A DNA stretch of 32,000 bases from Wolbachia endosymbiont strain TRS of Brugia malayi (GCF_000008385.1 NC_006833.1:390001-422000), one strand, 5' to 3'; shown: positions 1 through 8,171, numbered from the stretch's first letter. Made by a program: numbers and translations. The notes: generated from the sequence alone by a model not told the origin.

Positions 1-317
1 GTCTATACCACCCTCTTTAACAAGACTACACTGCAAGCCAAAGCTAGAAGCAAAACCTTCTGTTTGATCAGGGAGATTTTCAGCAATGATTCCTTTATAG
101 CAACACTTTGGTCATTTGCGGTTGGTTCGTATCACCCCTTTACTGTCCTTTATATCATGATTTACAATCCTTGCTATAACAGTCTGATCTATAGCTCGTT
201 TATCTTTCATCTCTCAAGATATTACTTTTATATCTGATTGATCCTAATCTGCGTCATTCTATTGCCCTAATTTATCAACTTCTTTATTTACCTTAATTTT
301 CTCCACTGCTTGACCTT

Positions 318-581
318 CTATACTCGTATTTTTTGGTCAAAGAAATCTTTATTGATGTAATAAAAAATAAGACCAGGTATTAGTGAAGTCATTAGATTTG
401 ATATAGTATGCGGAACTAAAACCATAGCAGCAACAATATGGATGAAGATTTTTACTAAAATTTTTGCTGTTTTAGCTAGTTTAGAATCGCCATCTTTAAT
501 ACTGATAGCATCCAAAAAAAGGTAGACACACACAATTGATGCTATTGTTACAGCAGTGGGTACGATGATTGGAATAAGCAA
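318..581 (-). CDS. hypothetical small membrane protein; possibly the tail of a decayed larger gene
   Basis: 87-codon ORF with two or three hydrophobic helices (LIPIIVPTAVTIASIVCVYLF, IHIVAAMVLV, LIPGLIFYY) and a non-ATG (TTG) start. The frame stays open upstream to an in-frame TAG at 651-653, beyond which coiled-coil-like sequence continues. No recognisable family. Confidence 0.3.
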   Translation of the reverse strand: MLIPIIVPTAVTIASIVCVYLFLDAISIKDGDSKLAKTAKILVKIFIHIVAAMVLVPHTISNLMTSLIPGLIFYYINKDFFDQKIRV

Positions 582-988
582 AAAAGTATTAATTGAATTT
601 TTCCCAAAACTAGTTGGCTTAACACTATTATTCAGTGATGTAAGATATTGCTATTGCCAAGCAAAACTTTTCTTTAAATGCTTCATAGTCAGTCTTAATA
701 TCTGTGTTTCTATTTGGTTTTGTTCCTGCTTAAGTAAGTCATTGCATTTTATAGTATAAATTTATATACCTGTGCTTAACGGTAAAACTGTTGGCAATCA
801 TTTGCACAATCATGATGATTTCTTGTTCCTTTCGTTCCTCACATCTCACTATTAAATCTTAACTATATTAGTATCTTAGTAAAAATTATAATAGTCTGTT
901 AACTTGCGTTTCAGACTTATGAACTATCAAACGTTAGTAGGTAATAGAACCTATGGCTTTGTTATTTTAATTATTATGTAATTCTATT

Positions 989-1180
989 GTGTCTGTTCAG
1001 TGCAAATACCTATTTCTTGCGAGTGTGTGTGCTGTAGCTGCTGCTTTGGTAGTTGGATTTGCTGCTGGTGGTATTACATATGCAATATCAAAACCTAGTG
1101 ATAAAAACTTGATGGAGTCTCATCACCAGCACCTGCTCCTGCTGCTAATAAACCCTGTAGTTAATTTAAAAAACAAGTAG
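989..1180 (+). CDS. hypothetical small membrane-anchored protein
   Basis: 63-codon ORF with a GTG start and an N-terminal hydrophobic segment (LFLASVCAVAAALVVGFAAGGI). An alternative frame near the 3' end reads SSPAPAPAANKP, so the true C-terminus is uncertain. No family recognised. Confidence 0.2.
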   Translation: MSVQCKYLFLASVCAVAAALVVGFAAGGITYAISKPSDKNLMESHHQHLLLLLINPVVNLKNK

Positions 1181-1409
1181 GAAGAAAAAGGAAAGACAGT
1201 ATCCATGAATGGATAATTCCATTATACTTAAACATGGGAAACAAAGGGGCTAAAAACCCTTTCCACGATCTTCTATCTATTGTCTTTCACACTGCTTAGC
1301 TGAACGGATACGGAAAGAAAATCTTTTTCCTTTAAGATCTTCTTGCTTATTTCTCAACCATTTTCTCGAACTAATACCAAAACACCAACTTTCTTATTTA
1401 AGTATATGT

Positions 1410-1439
1410 TGAGGTATTCACAGTATTCTGAATACCTCA
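1410..1439. other. 11-bp perfect stem hairpin (tgaggtattca / tgaatacctca, 8-nt loop)
   Basis: Read directly from the sequence. It lies about 160 nt downstream of the tatC stop on the minus strand. No flanking U-run, so terminator function is not supported. Confidence 0.5.
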
Positions 1440-1598
1440 GTTGATAATCCAGTAGAATACATAGTTTTATGCATTTGAGTACTTTGGAGACTTACATATA
1501 TAAAGAACAAAAATTGCATTTTCTCTTGCTAAGTAACTGTGTTTATTTTCCATAATATATATTATGTAATTTTTATAGATGCCAATGGATAGAGTTTT

Positions 1599-2366
1599 TC
1601 ATCTATTAGAATCCTTTGCTTTCTTCTCAATATATCTACACATTAGGATGGATAGCTCGTATAGAATTAACATTGGTACAGCAAGCCCTACTTGGCTTAA
1701 CACATCAGGTGGAGTTAAGATCGCAGCAATAATGAAAATTGCTACTATCGCAACTCTGCGCTTATTCGACAAACTTTGCGTAGTAAGTAATCCAACCCTA
1801 ACCATTAATGTAAGTATGACTGGAATTTGAAATGCAGTGCCAAATGCAAACATGAATTGGAGAACAAGGTCTAGATACTCGCTAACTGACGGCATAAACT
1901 CTATCGGTATGCCGAAGGATTTACCACTGTGTTCAAAGGCGATAAAAAACTTCCAGGCTAGAGGGAATATGTAGTAATAAACTACAGCAGCTCCTGTTAT
2001 AAATAAAATCGGTGTTGCAATTAAGTATGGCAACAACACTGCCCTTTCGCTTTTGTATAATCCTGGTGCTAAAAACATATAGAATTGCCATGCAAATACA
2101 GGAAAAGAAAACAAAAACGCGCTCATTATTGCAACCCTGAGATACACAAAGAATGCTTCTGTTAGATCTGTATAGATTAGAGAAAAGTCGTTGCTATTTT
2201 TTGTAACTTCTATTAAGGGTGTAAGTAAAAAATAATATATATTTTCTTTAAAATAGTAGCAAAGACCAAAGACGATGAGAAAAAATAGAAAGCAAAAAAT
2301 AACCCTTTTTCTGAGTTCTGTGAGGTGTTCATAAAAGGAAGCATATTTGTTAGGGTTTCTATTCAT
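1599..2366 (-). CDS. tatC: Sec-independent (twin-arginine) protein translocase subunit TatC
   Basis: 255 aa polytopic membrane protein. The N-terminus FYEHLTELRKRVIFCF matches the conserved TatC HLxELRxR motif, and the six-TM layout is typical. Confidence 0.93.
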   Translation of the reverse strand: MNRNPNKYASFYEHLTELRKRVIFCFLFFLIVFGLCYYFKENIYYFLLTPLIEVTKNSNDFSLIYTDLTEAFFVYLRVAIMSAFLFSFPVFAWQFYMFLAPGLYKSERAVLLPYLIATPILFITGAAVVYYYIFPLAWKFFIAFEHSGKSFGIPIEFMPSVSEYLDLVLQFMFAFGTAFQIPVILTLMVRVGLLTTQSLSNKRRVAIVAIFIIAAILTPPDVLSQVGLAVPMLILYELSILMCRYIEKKAKDSNR

Positions 2367-3349
2367 ATTCTATTATAGCACAATAATGCTATGTCCAACA
2401 TCCTTAGTGAAAAAGCCCATTCATTATCGTACCAAGCTGCAACTCTACAGATATCACCTGTAACATATGTGCCAGCTAAATCCACGATTGCACTATAAGG
2501 GTTATGCACGAAATCTATTGAGACTAAAGGTTCCTTACATATGGAAAGCACATCATTTACTGAGTTTTTAAATATTTCGTTTATTTCTTTAGCTGTTACT
2601 TTCTTGTCAGTGGTGAATTTAAGGTCAACCATAGAAACGTTAGCAACTGGAACTCTAATGGCAGTGCCGTCTAGCTTTCCCTTTAATTCAGGAATGACAG
2701 AACCTATTGTCTTTGCTGCTCCAGTTGTGGTTGGCACTATAGATAACCCACAGGCCCTTGCCCTGCGTAAGTCTCTATGGTTACCATCGAGAACATTTTG
2801 GTCATTCGTGTAGGCATGTACAGTGGTCATAAAACCGCTTTTCATATCTAAATTGAAGTGCAGAACCTTTACAACTGGAGCGAGACAATTTGTGGTACAA
2901 GAACCTGCTGATATTACTTTATGCTCTTTTTTGAGCATATCATTATTCACACCATAAACTATAGTTATATCAGCATCTGAAACTGGAGCAGAGACAATAA
3001 CTTTTCCTGTATTATGCTTTGCTGCTTCTGCGCGCTTGTTAAATGCACCAGTGCATTCAAGTACTACATCAACATCCCAAGGAATATTTTCAGGGTTCCG
3101 TTCTCTGTATAAAGAAAACTTTTTGCCATTTGTAGAAATCCAATTTTCGGACTCATTAAACCCAATATCACCGTTAAATTTGCCGTGAACAGAATCATAC
3201 CTAATTAAATGTGCATGCTGCTCAGTACTGAGTGATCCATTCACAGCTACAACTTCTATTTGTTCATTATATTTTCCTACTTCATGGATAGCACGCAATA
3301 CACTTCTTCCTATTCTACCAAGACCGTTAATTCCTACGCGAATCTTCAT
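2363..3349 (-). CDS. gap: glyceraldehyde-3-phosphate dehydrogenase (type I)
   Basis: 328 aa with an N-terminal Rossmann motif INGLGRIGR, the catalytic SCTTNCLAP motif and a C-terminal WYDNEW motif. Its stop overlaps the tatC start (ATGA). Confidence 0.95.
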   Translation of the reverse strand: MKIRVGINGLGRIGRSVLRAIHEVGKYNEQIEVVAVNGSLSTEQHAHLIRYDSVHGKFNGDIGFNESENWISTNGKKFSLYRERNPENIPWDVDVVLECTGAFNKRAEAAKHNTGKVIVSAPVSDADITIVYGVNNDMLKKEHKVISAGSCTTNCLAPVVKVLHFNLDMKSGFMTTVHAYTNDQNVLDGNHRDLRRARACGLSIVPTTTGAAKTIGSVIPELKGKLDGTAIRVPVANVSMVDLKFTTDKKVTAKEINEIFKNSVNDVLSICKEPLVSIDFVHNPYSAIVDLAGTYVTGDICRVAAWYDNEWAFSLRMLDIALLCYNRI

Positions 3350-3483
3350 TTCTTCATCTAAAAAATTTAATTATAGAAAATGTTGTTCAATTTTGCATTC
3401 TATTCTTTCGTTTTTTAGTCGGTAACTAACTAGAGCAAAATAGGTAGGCTTTTCCCTACTCTTTCCTTTGTTAGATCTTTCTT

Positions 3484-3655
3484 ATATTGTCATCCCAGTA
3501 TATAACGCATAGCTATACAAACATTGTAATTTTAGTCCACCAGAGGTGGTGTCATTCCAGCGCGTGACACTAGGCGCGGTTCGTCATCCGCGGATTCGTT
3601 CGCGGTATCCCTAGATCCCGCTAACAAGCGGCAGAATGACTGTAGTTACAATATT
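3484..3655. repeat. GC-rich short palindromic element (RPE/WPE-like, MITE-like)
   Basis: The core 3548-3640 is roughly 55-60% G+C by hand count, in a background of about one-third G+C. Nested inverted repeats: gtgtca..tgacac, the 10-bp palindrome atccgcggat, ccgct-aaca-agcgg, the outer attgtaa..ttacaat, and gtcattc..gaatgac. Confidence 0.6.
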
Positions 3656-4372
3656 TAAGAAATTTACTAAACAGCACCAAACAGAAGAAATCTGTCAAAC
3701 CAGGAAGAAATTCCTTAATTTAAGTTTTTAGGAGCCCCAAAGGCAATTATTGCTACTGCAAGAAAATTAGCACGTATCTTTTATCAAATGTTGAAATATG
3801 GACAAGAATATGCGAAAAGAAATATAGACTACTATGAAACACATTATTTAAAGAGAAAGTTGTAAAAAATTTGATCAAAAGGGTACGGAAATTTGGTTAT
3901 TATTGGTTTAACAAGAAGAGTTGATTGAGGAGTTTTTTAGGAGAAAAAAAAGGCAAATGAGTCCTGGTTAATATCTATTTAAAAACATTGGCATTTTTTT
4001 ATGTTTTAAACACTTAATAACTACGACTCGACTGCTTTTAAACCGCAACCAATCTAGACTATAATCGTTAAGAAATTTACTAAGCAGAAAAAAGGACAAA
4101 AGAAACCCCGTTAGCTAGTTATTCACTATCTATTTTATAATGTTGGAATTTTTTAATGTTTAAGTGCCCAGCAGGAAGATTTGCAGCACTAGCTGACAAT
4201 GTAGACAACAATGTAAAAGATATGAGGTGCACATAGTGTAAAAAATAAAACACAGATACATTAAGTTTTTCTGTTATTTTATCTGCACAGACTGAAGATA
4301 AACAAATAGCTTCAGTACCATTATAAGGGGACCGGCAAAGTTTGTCAAGTAGTTTTTGCATTTCTGTAAGCT
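3651..4372 (+). repeat. dispersed repeat copy A (composite: IS110-like remnant plus partially duplicated host repeat)
   Basis: By-eye alignment to 19049-19531 (same strand) and to 6775-7040 (inverted). Contains a perfect 16-bp direct repeat ttaagaaatttactaa at 3655-3670 and 4068-4083. An internal partial duplication matches about 3930-4065 to about 4078-4210. Confidence 0.6.
3722..3865 (+). pseudogene. IS110-family transposase, C-terminal remnant only
   Basis: The open fragment translates to FKFLGAPKAIIATARKLARIFYQMLKYGQEYAKRNIDYYETHYLKRKL*. The (K/R)AIxAxARKLAxIxYxMLKxGxxY pattern is the characteristic extreme C-terminus of IS110/IS1111 DEDD transposases. The frame is closed by TAA immediately upstream and no catalytic domain is present. 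Confidence 0.6.
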
Positions 4373-4470
4373 ACTTTGAATTCTGTTTATCAAATCACAA
4401 TGTTTGTGCAGTTCATTGATAAATCAAGAAGTCATAGTAAAGATAGACGTTGGCAAAAGATTACTGAAAG

Positions 4471-5922
4471 CTACAAACTATGCCTTTTCGTGTAATCTTT
4501 AAATGCACCTTGGTTAGAGTCAAAATATAGCTTTACACTGCCAATTGGCCCGTTTCTTTGTTTTGCAATAATGAGCTCTGCAACATTTCTAATTTTCTCC
4601 ATTTTTTCTTGCCACTCTCGATGTTTATTGCTTCCCTCACTTGGCTGCCTTCTCAGTTCGTAATATTCTTCTCTATAGAGGAACATTACTATGTCTGCAT
4701 CCTGCTCTATGCTTCCTGAATCACGTAAATCAGCAAGTTGTGGTTTTTTGTCGTCTCTTTGCTCAACAGAACGGGAGAGCTGCGACAATGCAACGACAGG
4801 AATATTTAGTTCCTTTGCAATTGCCTTTAAGCCTTGTGTCACTTCCGAAATCTCTTGCACTCTATTTTCATTACTTCTCTTTGTTGTTCCTCTGATTAAC
4901 TGCAAATAATCAATAAATACTGCTTCTACGTTGTATAATTGATATAACAAACGTATTCTGGTACGAAGAGCGCTGATTGATAGCGCAGGAGTATCGTCTA
5001 TGATGAAAGGCAACTCAGATAATTCCGCACTAGCATTGATGAATTCATGCAATTCAAAATCACTAATCCTTCCAGTTAATGCTTTATAATAGCTAATTCC
5101 TGAGTCTATAGTGATCAATCTTGTAGTTAGTTGTTCTGCTGACATTTCAAGTGAAAAAAACGCTACATAGTGTTGCTCATCCGCTCTTTTTTGCAAGACC
5201 TTACAAGCATTAAGCGCAATATTTAGTGCCAATGCTGTCTTACCCATAGAAGGCCTTGCAGCCAAAATTAATAGATCAGACTTCTGCAAACCACCAAGGA
5301 GCTGATTTAGATCTTGAAGTCCGGTTGTAATGCCTAGAGCCTCTGGATTATTTTTTAGCGTACTAATTTTTTTAACTACATCTTTAACTGAACTTGCAAG
5401 CTTTATATATGTTTTCTCACCTAGCCTTTTTACTGCTAAATTGAATAACTTAGTCATCACTTGCTCAATTTGCACCTGTGCAGAATTTTCGATGTCATAG
5501 TTGTAACTATCATTAACCATCTCCTGTCCGAGCTTGATTAAGCACCTTCTTAAGTAGGTATCGCGGATTATTCTAGTCAAACTATAGATATCGAGTGCAA
5601 TACTTGCCTTTGCTGCAAGCTTTGCAAGATATTCAACTCCACCACATTCGATAAAAGCTTGGTCGTTTTCAAAAAACATTTTAAGGCTCAGTTCATTGGC
5701 AACTATACCGTGTTTTCTGGTTTTAGATATCTGTGTGAAAATACTTTGATGCAGTGGATCATAGAAATTCTCTGCAGTGATTGTGTCTTCAACCGCATCA
5801 CAGATTCTATTATCACGAATCATTGCGCCAATAAGCATTTGTTCTGCTTCTAAATTATGCGGCAATTTACATATTTCCTTATCTACACTTTTTGAATTGA
5901 TGAGACTAGCTAGTTTATTCAT
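4471..5922 (-). CDS. dnaB: replicative DNA helicase DnaB
   Basis: 483 aa. The N-terminal domain begins PHNLEAEQMLIGAM, the Walker A motif is ARPSMGKTALALN, and the C-terminal RecA-like fold includes ALSQLSR and IIAKQRNGPIG. Confidence 0.95.
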   Translation of the reverse strand: MNKLASLINSKSVDKEICKLPHNLEAEQMLIGAMIRDNRICDAVEDTITAENFYDPLHQSIFTQISKTRKHGIVANELSLKMFFENDQAFIECGGVEYLAKLAAKASIALDIYSLTRIIRDTYLRRCLIKLGQEMVNDSYNYDIENSAQVQIEQVMTKLFNLAVKRLGEKTYIKLASSVKDVVKKISTLKNNPEALGITTGLQDLNQLLGGLQKSDLLILAARPSMGKTALALNIALNACKVLQKRADEQHYVAFFSLEMSAEQLTTRLITIDSGISYYKALTGRISDFELHEFINASAELSELPFIIDDTPALSISALRTRIRLLYQLYNVEAVFIDYLQLIRGTTKRSNENRVQEISEVTQGLKAIAKELNIPVVALSQLSRSVEQRDDKKPQLADLRDSGSIEQDADIVMFLYREEYYELRRQPSEGSNKHREWQEKMEKIRNVAELIIAKQRNGPIGSVKLYFDSNQGAFKDYTKRHSL

Positions 5923-6033
5923 TTTAAGTTTTTAGAGTAACTGTCGATTATTGTAGAATATTTAGTATTCATTTGAAAGATGTAAGAGCAAAAAAATTTG
6001 ACTAATCCTGTATTGTCTATACCATTTAAAAAG

Positions 6034-6116
6034 GCCCCCGTGGTGGAATGGTAGACACGGCAGACTCAAAATCTGCTGCTTGCAAAAGCATGCTGGTTCA
6101 AGTCCGGCCAGGGGCA
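6034..6116 (+). tRNA. tRNA-Leu (anticodon CAA), type II with long variable arm
   Basis: Hand-folded cloverleaf: acceptor gcccccg/caggggc (one C-A mismatch), anticodon stem gcaga/tctgc with loop ctCAAaa, variable stem tgctt/aagca, and T arm gctgg-ttcaagt-ccggc. CCA is not encoded. Confidence 0.9.
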
Positions 6117-6138
6117 CTCAAATATCGGAAAGTGCATT

Positions 6139-6762
6139 ATGTTACACAAATTTTTTGGTCGTTTATTTTCTGTTCTCTCTTCTATAAATATTATTCAAAG
6201 GGTAAAAAATGATGAAAATGGGGTATGTTATGTTACAGGACTTAGGCGCTATATCTCGGTATTGCTTGATTTTATTATTATCATTTTATTCTTGTTATTC
6301 TTTGGATTTTTTAGCCGAGTCTTAAATCATCTTTTAAACTCAAAAAATGAGACAACATTCAGCCAAATTGCTGCAAAATATCAAATGCAAGTGCCACTGT
6401 CTGTAGAAGAAAAAGCGGTGCAGAATAGGTTCATTAAATTATGGATCCTGAGTCAAATAGTCCAATTCATCATGCTCTTTAGCTATGTTGCATATATGTG
6501 GATAAAGTTCACTGCTACACCTGGAAAATTATTGCTTGGGCTCAGAGTTGTAGATGCGCAAACTTTTGGAAAAATGACCATAAGACAGGCAACTAAGAGG
6601 TTTTTTTCCTTTATATTGTCGGTTGCACCATTATTTTTAGGCTTCATATGGTCAAATTTCAACAAGCGCTGCCAAACTTGGCATGATAAGATCGCAGGCA
6701 CAGTGGTTGTTACGAGTAAAAGCCTTAGAAGGCAAAGTAAGAAACTGCTTGACAAAATTTAA
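6139..6762 (+). CDS. RDD family membrane protein
   Basis: 207 aa with three or four TM helices. The segment [13 protein letters not shown]...[11 protein letters not shown] is typical of RDD-domain proteins. Confidence 0.7.
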   Translation: MLHKFFGRLFSVLSSINIIQRVKNDENGVCYVTGLRRYISVLLDFIIIILFLLFFGFFSRVLNHLLNSKNETTFSQIAAKYQMQVPLSVEEKAVQNRFIKLWILSQIVQFIMLFSYVAYMWIKFTATPGKLLLGLRVVDAQTFGKMTIRQATKRFFSFILSVAPLFLGFIWSNFNKRCQTWHDKIAGTVVVTSKSLRRQSKKLLDKI

Positions 6763-6774
6763 CAACTTCCTTAC

Positions 6775-7040
6775 CATAAATAGTAAAGGTATTTCTGACT
6801 CACAGCCGAATGGGTTCAATGGCAAAATTTAGTAAAAAAAAATTAAGGTGTTTTTTGGTGGTTACACCAAATTATAGTAGTTGTATATCTTTTAAGTTTT
6901 TCTGCACTCAGCCAAACAGCGCTTAAACTAAGCGTCAGCAAATTATTACAGTATCAATTTAAATTATTATAGGGTCAAAACCAGCACTACGGTATTTCTT
7001 TTGCCTTTTTTATTTAGTAAGTTTCTTAAATATTCGTAGC
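6775..7040 (-). repeat. dispersed repeat copy C (inverted, most diverged, lacks the IS-derived insert)
   Basis: The reverse complement of 6989-7040 reads gctacgaatatttaagaaacttactaaataaaaaaggcaaaagaaataccgt. This joins the left junction of copy A (3645-3670) directly to the sequence after its second direct repeat (4084-4112). Weaker block homology continues to about 6775. Confidence 0.4.
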
Positions 7041-7308
7041 TAAAAGTTAATTGCACAAGATCTACCTTAAGGGTCCATTAAGCCAAGTAGCTGAAACTGA
7101 AATAGCATCTAGTTCAAAAATTCACTTAGGTTAATGATAGTTAAATATCCCTAATTAAAAACAAAGAGAGGTCAGTTAATTATAAAATGGAGGTGGTGGC
7201 ACAAAAATTTGGTGAATGGAGCAATTGCGGTTTATCTGACAAGTGCTATTTTGACATGATTTTTTTATAAAAATGCTGCTTTTTGCGGTGTAAGACCGAA
7301 GGGTAGAG

Positions 7309-7340
7309 CTGCTATTCCAGCATGTAACGCTGGAATGCAG
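7309..7340. repeat. short palindromic hairpin sharing the attccagc motif with the 3484-3655 element
   Basis: ctgctattccagc - atgtaac - gctggaatgcag forms a 12-bp stem with one bulge. Confidence 0.5.
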
Positions 7341-7403
7341 AGATTTAATCTATGGTAAGTAACAGAGTAACAAAAAATTGATTTTATAATGCAGGATATC
7401 TTG

Positions 7404-7718
7404 CTAATATATTTGTATGGCTTTTAGATTAAGGAATATCTTATTAATATCACTTGTAACTGGTTTACTTACTGGTTGTTTTACAACACTATTCTCTGAT
7501 TCTGCATAAGCAATTCGAATGAAGGTAGTAGGTAGTGAAGGCGACTTAATAGAAAAAGTTGAATGCGTTATAAATGACCCACCTGGGGTGAGCCTTTTTA
7601 TTACAGTTTGTTGATTGTGAAAAGGTAGATTAAAACAACTAAATATGATGATAGGTGAAAGTTTTAATAAGGTTGTTTTATTAAATCTACTATGGTGGTC
7701 TGGTTTTATTATCGACAC
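7404..7718 (-). CDS. hypothetical ORF of doubtful coding status
   Basis: 104-codon open frame in otherwise intergenic DNA, with no recognisable domain, TM segment or signal peptide. The opposite strand carries a lipoprotein-signal ORF (7417-7509), so one of the two is probably an antisense artefact. Confidence 0.2.
   Translation of the reverse strand: MSIIKPDHHSRFNKTTLLKLSPIIIFSCFNLPFHNQQTVIKRLTPGGSFITHSTFSIKSPSLPTTFIRIAYAESENSVVKQPVSKPVTSDINKIFLNLKAIQIY
7417..7509 (+). pseudogene. lipoprotein signal peptide ORF truncated by an in-frame TAA (possible decayed lipoprotein gene)
   Basis: The ATG at 7417 gives MAFRLRNILLISLVTGLLTGC, a positively charged n-region, hydrophobic core and LTGC lipobox, followed by FTTLFSDSA and TAA. 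The same frame reopens (AIRMKVVGSEGDLIEKVECVINDPPGVSLFITVC) and closes with TGA near 7612. Confidence 0.3.
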
Positions 7719-7792
7719 AGCTACCGGATCTTATAAATAATATCTATCACACTATGTTGTAACCATGGAGAAATCTAGTTCATAGTGAAAAA

Positions 7793-8134
7793 ATGCTTAA
7801 ACGCAGTGGCCCGAAAAAATTAAAGTCTATAGTGGAAAGTTGTGCATTGAAATGCATAAAGAATAGAATAAGCAGAAATGAAATACGTCTTATTTTAAAC
7901 TGGAAGAATATAGTTGGAATAGAAATAGCAGAATGTACAAAACCGAAAAAGATCTCATATGCACAAAATATAAATTCAGGTGTATTGCATCTGGTGGTAA
8001 TAAATGGTAGTAAAGCATTGGAAATTCAGCATATGGTCTCTCTTATGATAGAGAAAATCACGATATTTTTTGGCTACAAAGCAGTATATGGTATAAAAAT
8101 TAAGCAAGAGAGTATTGACTATTTCACTATATAA
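7793..8134 (+). CDS. DUF721 / DciA-like protein (putative DnaB helicase operator)
   Basis: 113 aa. The pattern W..IVG..IA..T.P in LNWKNIVGIEIAECTKPKKI, then G.L.V.V in SGVLHLVVINGSKALEIQHM and FGYKAVYGIKIK, matches the DUF721 layout as I recall it. Confidence 0.6.
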   Translation: MLKRSGPKKLKSIVESCALKCIKNRISRNEIRLILNWKNIVGIEIAECTKPKKISYAQNINSGVLHLVVINGSKALEIQHMVSLMIEKITIFFGYKAVYGIKIKQESIDYFTI

Positions 8135-8171
8135 GGTAACCTAAATACATAGAATAACTTGGTATATCAAA

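Noticed and set aside
556-759. Plus-strand 67-aa ORF
   Set aside because: It overlaps the start of the minus-strand membrane ORF and the open frame upstream of it. It is cysteine/phenylalanine-rich and featureless, and neither strand is well supported here.
1579-2813. Plus-strand ORFs 1579-1830 and 2541-2813
   Set aside because: They are antisense to tatC and gap respectively, both of which have strong motif support.
4119-4361. 80-aa minus-strand ORF inside repeat copy A
   Set aside because: The homologous stretch in copy B (about 19290-19530) carries indels and multiple stops in the corresponding frame, and the ORF has no protein-like features. It is more likely a chance open frame in a non-coding repeat.
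4641-5853. Plus-strand ORFs 4641-4895, 4691-4909 and 5659-5853
   Set aside because: They are antisense to dnaB.
6483-6755. Minus-strand 90-aa ORF
   Set aside because: It is antisense to the RDD-family gene, which has the better membrane-protein features and family motif.
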